Source: Eledone cirrhosa (taxonomy: Eukaryota). From it: DNA of 64,000 nt. Under the pieces are notes generated by a model. The model saw only the letters and a list, made by a program, of their open reading frames with translations. It was not told the origin of the DNA and ran no database searches. Positions within the stretch are counted from its first letter, which is position 1; each line of letters begins with the position of its first letter. Positions 62,511 through 64,000 of this stretch are shown here, one piece after another. The stretch lies in NCBI GenBank assembly GCA_964016885.1, contig OZ024744.1, positions 129,146,001 through 129,210,000 of the forward strand, given 5' to 3'. The position numbers and the translations under genes are program-made.

Positions 62511-64000
62511 GTTGGGGTTAAGTTAAGTTGGGGTTAAGTTAAGTTGGGGTTAATTTAAGTTGGGGTTAATTTAAGTTGGGGTAAAGTTAAGTTGGGGGTA
62601 AGTTAAGTTGGGGTTAAGTTAAGTTGGGGTTAAGTTGGGGTTAAGTTAAGTTAGGGTTAACTTAAGTTGGGGTTGTGTTAAGTGGTGGTTATGTTAAGTG
62701 GTGATTATGTTAAGTTGGGGTTAAGTTAAGTTGGGGTTAAGTTAAATTGGGGTTAAGTTAAGTTACGGTTAAGTTAAGTTGGGGTTAAGTTAAGTTGGGG
62801 TTAAGTTAATTAGGGTTAAGTTAAGTTGGGGTTAAGTTAAGTTGGGGTTAAGTTAAGTTGGGGTTAAGTTAATTTGTGGTTAAGTTAAGTTGGGGTTAAG
62901 TTAAGTTGGGGTTAAGTTAAGTTGGGGATAAGTTAAGTTGAGGATAAGTTAAGTTGGGGTTAATTAAGTTGGCTTTAAGTTAAGTTGGGGTTAAGTTAAG
63001 TTGGGGTTAAGTTAAGTTGGGGTTAAGTTAAGTTGAGTTTAAGTTAAGTTGGGGTTAATTTAAGTTGGGGTTAAGTTAAGTTGGGGTTAAGTTAAGTTGG
63101 GGTTAAGTTAAGTTGGGGTTCAGTTAAGTTGGGGTTAAGTTAAGTTGGGGTTAAGTTAGGGTAAAATTAAGTTGGGGTTAAGTTAAGTTGCGGTTAAGTT
63201 AAGTTGAGGTTAAGTTAAGTTGGGGTTAAGTTAAGTTGGGGTTAAGTTAAGTTGGGGCTAAGTTAAGTTGGAGCTAATTTAAGTTGGGGCTAAGTTAAGT
63301 TGGGGTTAAGTTAAGTTGGGGTTAAGTTAAGGTGGGGTTAAGTTAAGTTGGGGTCAACTTAAGTTGGGGTTAATTTAAGTTGGGGTTAACTTAAGTTGGG
63401 GTTAAGGTAAGTTGTGGTCAAGTTAAGTTGGGGTTAAGTTAAGTGGTGGTTATGTTAAGTTGGGGTTAAGTTAAGTTGGGGTTAATTTAAATTGGGGTTA
63501 ATTTAACTTTGTGGTTAAGTTAAGTTGGGGTTAATTTAAGTTGGGGTTAAGTTAAGTTGGGGTTAATTTAATTTGTGGTTAAGTTAAGTTGGGGTTAAGT
63601 TAAGTTGGGGTTAAGTTAAGCTGGGGTTAAGTTAAGTTGGGGTTAAAATAAGTTGGGGTTAAGTTAAGTTGGGGTTGAGTTAAGTTGGGGTTGAGTTAAT
63701 TCGGGGTTAATTTAAGTTGGGGTTAACTTAAGTTGGGTTTAATTTAAGTTGGGGTTAAGTTAAGTTGGGGTTATAATTAAGTTGGGGTTAAGTTAAGTTG
63801 GGGGTAAGATAAGTTGGGGTTAGTTAAGTTGCGGTTAAGTTAAGTTGGGGTTAAGTTAAGTTGGGGTTAAGTTAAGTTGGGGTTAAGTTAAGTTGGGGTT
63901 AATTTAAGTTGGGGTTAATTTAAGTTGGGGTAAAGTTAAGTTGGGGGTAAGTTAAGTTGGGGTTAAGTTAAGTTGGGGTTAAGTTGGGGTTAAGTTAAGT

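Larger units (their letters stand above)
25678..64000 (+). repeat. 16-bp G-rich satellite, block 3 (open at window end; three inverted segments in its first 12 kb)
   Basis: 16-bp periodicity continues to the end of the window. Confidence 0.98.

Noticed and set aside
1-64000. Assignment to a specific organism or named satellite family
   Set aside because: I do not recognise the 16-mer or the AT units with certainty; a database search is required.

Overview
The window is non-coding, eukaryote-style satellite DNA with no credible genes. About 90% is a degenerate 16-bp G-rich tandem repeat, (TTAAG TTAAG TTGGGG)n, with a telomere-like G/C strand bias. Heritable point variants organise it into nested higher-order repeats (HORs) of about 1.8, 1.9, 3.2, 5.3, 10.4 and 10.9 kb. 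Two kinds of module interrupt it. (i) Six copies of one 216-249 bp inverted (C-strand) segment share the same palindromic junctions and carry an inverted copy of their own left flank. (ii) Two AT-rich islands (11629-14213 and 22043-25677) share identical junctions; each is a ~37-bp palindromic minisatellite flanking a ~280-380-bp unit made of consecutive hairpins. The pattern best fits a recombination-maintained telomeric/subtelomeric or centromeric array. Organism and function cannot be determined from the sequence alone. Coordinates and offsets were counted by eye and may be off by a few bases.
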